From an uncultured Nitrososphaerales archaeon (GTDB lineage Archaea > Thermoproteota > Nitrososphaeria > Nitrososphaerales > Nitrososphaeraceae), in NCBI GenBank assembly GCA_963709405.1, contig CAVPXM010000009.1, positions 1-10,633 on the forward strand: a DNA stretch of 10,633 nt, written 5' to 3'. A program made the position numbers and the translations under genes. The notes below the pieces were generated by a model. It was not told where the DNA came from, ran no database searches, and saw only the letters and a list, made by a program, of their open reading frames with translations. Shown here piece by piece: positions 8,353-10,633 of the stretch. Numbering within the stretch: position 1 is the stretch's first letter; each line of letters opens with the position of its first letter.

Positions 8353-9246
8353 TCATGTGACCGTCCGTAAACTGAATCTGTCTGTTATCTTATTCTGTGG
8401 TTGTTTTGTATTGATTGCTGTAATTTCAACTTTTATGTCATAAGCAGCATTACCTTTAAGAAATGGCGCTTCAACATGATATGCACCGGTGCTGCTAAAG
8501 TCTGGTCCATATACGCTTGTCTGATTAATGTCTCTACCCCCTATCAACTCTAGCGGAAGTTTTTCTCCAGGTACGGTGAATGTCTTTGAAAATAACTTGT
8601 TGGCAGTGTCATTGCTTTTGGAGATAGTGATATTGTATGTAAGTGGTGTTGATCTGTCTAACGGTACTGTTAATGGCCTGAAATCAAGCAATGTTCTAAC
8701 ATCTTTTGTAAGATTAAGGGTTGGGCCTACACCTGAAGTCATTTCAAAGTTATTGCCTCTCTCGATCCCACTACTTACAGATACCATTGCCACTCTCCAA
8801 GGATGTATCTCACAATGGTATGGAAAATTACCTTCTTTGTTGAATGTATATTGAAAGAATGAGTTTGCCGTTGCTGGCATAATACCAGAGTTAAAGACGG
8901 CACCCGAATCTGTAGCATTTGGTAAACCACTTGTTACAGTGTGAGGTTGCCCTGGATCGTTGTTAAACCATGCCACGGTAGTTCCAACTGGAATGGCAAT
9001 CAAAGGGGGATAATAATGGATAAGGTTAGTCTTTTGAGCTGCGCCTGGAACTATGCTTACTGCATACGTTGCTCCTATATTTGGTAGTGTAGCCATACTT
9101 CCTGTTTGTCCATAGGCATTGATTGTGCCTACGGTTGTGGAAGTCGGTGTAGTAGATGCAATTAATGTTAATACTGTAGCTGTTATTGCGGTACCGGAAA
9201 TTAGAAGCATTGTCAATACTGATCTTACGTTGAACGATTTGATCAT
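8353..9246 (-). CDS. Secreted/membrane-anchored cupredoxin (plastocyanin/azurin family) domain protein with a C-terminal beta domain
   Basis: Hydrophobic N-terminal signal ending ..INAYGQ. Cupredoxin motifs YYPPLIAIPVGTTVAWFNNDPGQPHTVTSG, FNSGIM and FQYTFNKEGNFPYHCEIHPW (His102, Cys145, His148). About 140 aa of additional C-terminal domain. Confidence 0.9.
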   Translation of the reverse strand: MIKSFNVRSVLTMLLISGTAITATVLTLIASTTPTSTTVGTINAYGQTGSMATLPNIGATYAVSIVPGAAQKTNLIHYYPPLIAIPVGTTVAWFNNDPGQPHTVTSGLPNATDSGAVFNSGIMPATANSFFQYTFNKEGNFPYHCEIHPWRVAMVSVSSGIERGNNFEMTSGVGPTLNLTKDVRTLLDFRPLTVPLDRSTPLTYNITISKSNDTANKLFSKTFTVPGEKLPLELIGGRDINQTSVYGPDFSSTGAYHVEAPFLKGNAAYDIKVEITAINTKQPQNKITDRFSLRTVT

Positions 9247-9276
9247 TTTCAGTCTCTTCCTAAGACTTTTCCATTA

Positions 9277-9284
9277 TTAATAAA
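9277..9284 (-). promoter_or_regulatory. Putative TATA box of the cupredoxin gene
   Basis: Minus strand TTTATTAA located 30 nt upstream of ATG 9246. Confidence 0.45.
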
Positions 9285-10039
9285 CATTTAATCGCTTGTA
9301 GGAATTATGGTATGAAACTAATAATATGGAGAAAAATCGTACATGACGTCGACTTTCTTGAGGTTTAGATATGCTGTGCGAGAACTATAATAATAGGGTT
9401 TCAGGAGATGAAACACGGCAACTTCCCCATTTAGCATTCTCAACATAAAGTCCAAATGTATATTCTCTGTAATAATCAGTTTCAAACCGAGGAACAAAAA
9501 TTTTTTCATTCTTACAAATTAGGCAGCATAGCATTGTCTGAGTATTATTACATTTGTTGCTCTTGTCATTGTCATTGTTGCACGTGTACTCGTTTTATTT
9601 CCTTGACGTCTAGTTGGTCCACTATTTAAGCAAGAAAACTGCCAATGACTAGATAAATTGAACGACCAGGCTTTTATTATTCTTCTGCGAGCAGTAGTTG
9701 TGTAGTAGTGTCAAGCCATTGAGTTACAACAATACCATTTACTGAGGAACTCCAAGCAGGATCGCTGCCAAGGATTGCTTTAAGAATATGTTAATAATAT
9801 CTAGATTGTATTTGCTTACCTTTCTCTAATGCGCTTCGATATCTTTAGTTGGAAGACATTGCCTATTCTTCCTATATACCGGAGATTGTCTTCTCACTCA
9901 TGGTGATTATTTTGCCTAGATTTCGTCTATTGTGTATATTTTGTCGATAGCCACCCAATTCCATAAACTGAAGTCGTTCGTGGACGGCACATTCGAGAAG
10001 CATCAAGAATGAAACTTAATAATCGTAGTTAGACATCTT

Positions 10040-10046
10040 GAGGTGA
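10040..10046 (+). promoter_or_regulatory. Shine-Dalgarno sequence
   Basis: GAGGTGA, 7 nt before ATG 10054. A BRE/TATA-like GAAAC-TTAATAAT lies at 10011-10023. Confidence 0.6.
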
Positions 10047-10053
10047 TTATAAC

Positions 10054-10458
10054 ATGCAGATAATGGTGTGTGGTTCAATAGGATACGGCGGCATATATGA
10101 GATTAGACAATTATACTCGTTCTTACACAAGGAAGGTTTTGATATTTTAGACCACTTGGTGAGCAAAGGTATGGACTACTCCAACGTCAAAGATTTTAGG
10201 GATAAGAAGGATCTATCTCACCAAATTGTCAACCACGATTTGGAATTAATAAGAAAGAGTGATGTTCTGGTTGTATTATCCAATAAACCAAGTTACGGGA
10301 CTGGCATAGAGATGTTTGTAGCCAAGAATTCTGGAAAGCGAGTAATACTATTTGCAAAAGAAGCAGTACCAACACCGTGGCCAGTAAATTTCTCGGATGA
10401 CATAGTCACAAGCGAACAGGAACTTATCAAATCACTACATCAATTAGAACTAAGATGA
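10054..10458 (+). CDS. Nucleoside 2-deoxyribosyltransferase superfamily protein, DNPH1/Rcl-like (nucleotide N-glycosidase)
   Basis: IMVCGSIGYGG, ILDH, IVNHDLELIRKSDVLVV and KPSYGTGIE (nucleophile Glu86) parallel DNPH1's LYFCGSIRGG, TEH, IHEQDLEWLQQADVVV and QPSLGVGYE. Good RBS. Confidence 0.85.
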   Translation: MQIMVCGSIGYGGIYEIRQLYSFLHKEGFDILDHLVSKGMDYSNVKDFRDKKDLSHQIVNHDLELIRKSDVLVVLSNKPSYGTGIEMFVAKNSGKRVILFAKEAVPTPWPVNFSDDIVTSEQELIKSLHQLELR

Positions 10459-10633
10459 CCTAAAATGTCGGATTACACCTTATCGCAGTATTGTTCATTC
10501 ATCCTGAGTAGGAGATAAGGAAACGGATGATCACATACGATACTTGGTTGCCCTAAAAGTAGCTGATTCAAATTACTCAATAGGTATTACACTTATTACA
10601 CTTTTATTTAGAAAAACAAAAGTGATCACCTGC

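Noticed and set aside
8528-8854. 108-aa + strand ORF
   Set aside because: Antisense shadow of the cupredoxin gene.
9318-9509. 63-aa minus-strand ORF
   Set aside because: No motif or RBS; unsupported.
9541-9645. Hydrophobic + strand peptide IITFVALVIVIVARVLVLFP resembling an antiporter helix
   Set aside because: No start or continuation; explained as the antisense of a CAA-rich tract.
2973-10003. Stop-codon reassignment as an explanation for the many in-frame stops
   Set aside because: All three stop types occur internally alongside frameshifts, while intact genes end normally in TAA or TGA.

Overview
AT-rich archaeal chromosomal segment. The gene families (Vgb-like propeller, MASE3 kinase, long HMG-CoA synthase, secreted cupredoxin) and TATA-type promoters suggest a soil ammonia-oxidising archaeon (Nitrososphaeraceae); this is an inference. 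Apparently intact genes: the 3' end of a Vgb-like beta-propeller protein, a 57-aa CxxC/HxxC zinc-finger ORF missed by the ORF track, a bacterial-type HMG-CoA synthase, a secreted cupredoxin with Arg in place of the axial Met, and a DNPH1/Rcl-like nucleotide N-glycosidase with Met in place of the conserved Tyr. These alternate with decayed DNA: a frameshifted MASE3 histidine kinase and its response regulator, a truncated LigD (ligase-primase/polymerase fusion) and a tyrosine-recombinase fragment. I found no tRNA, rRNA or CRISPR array and cannot support a complete novel multi-gene system. The best leads are the two active-site variants, the LigD relic and the microprotein.
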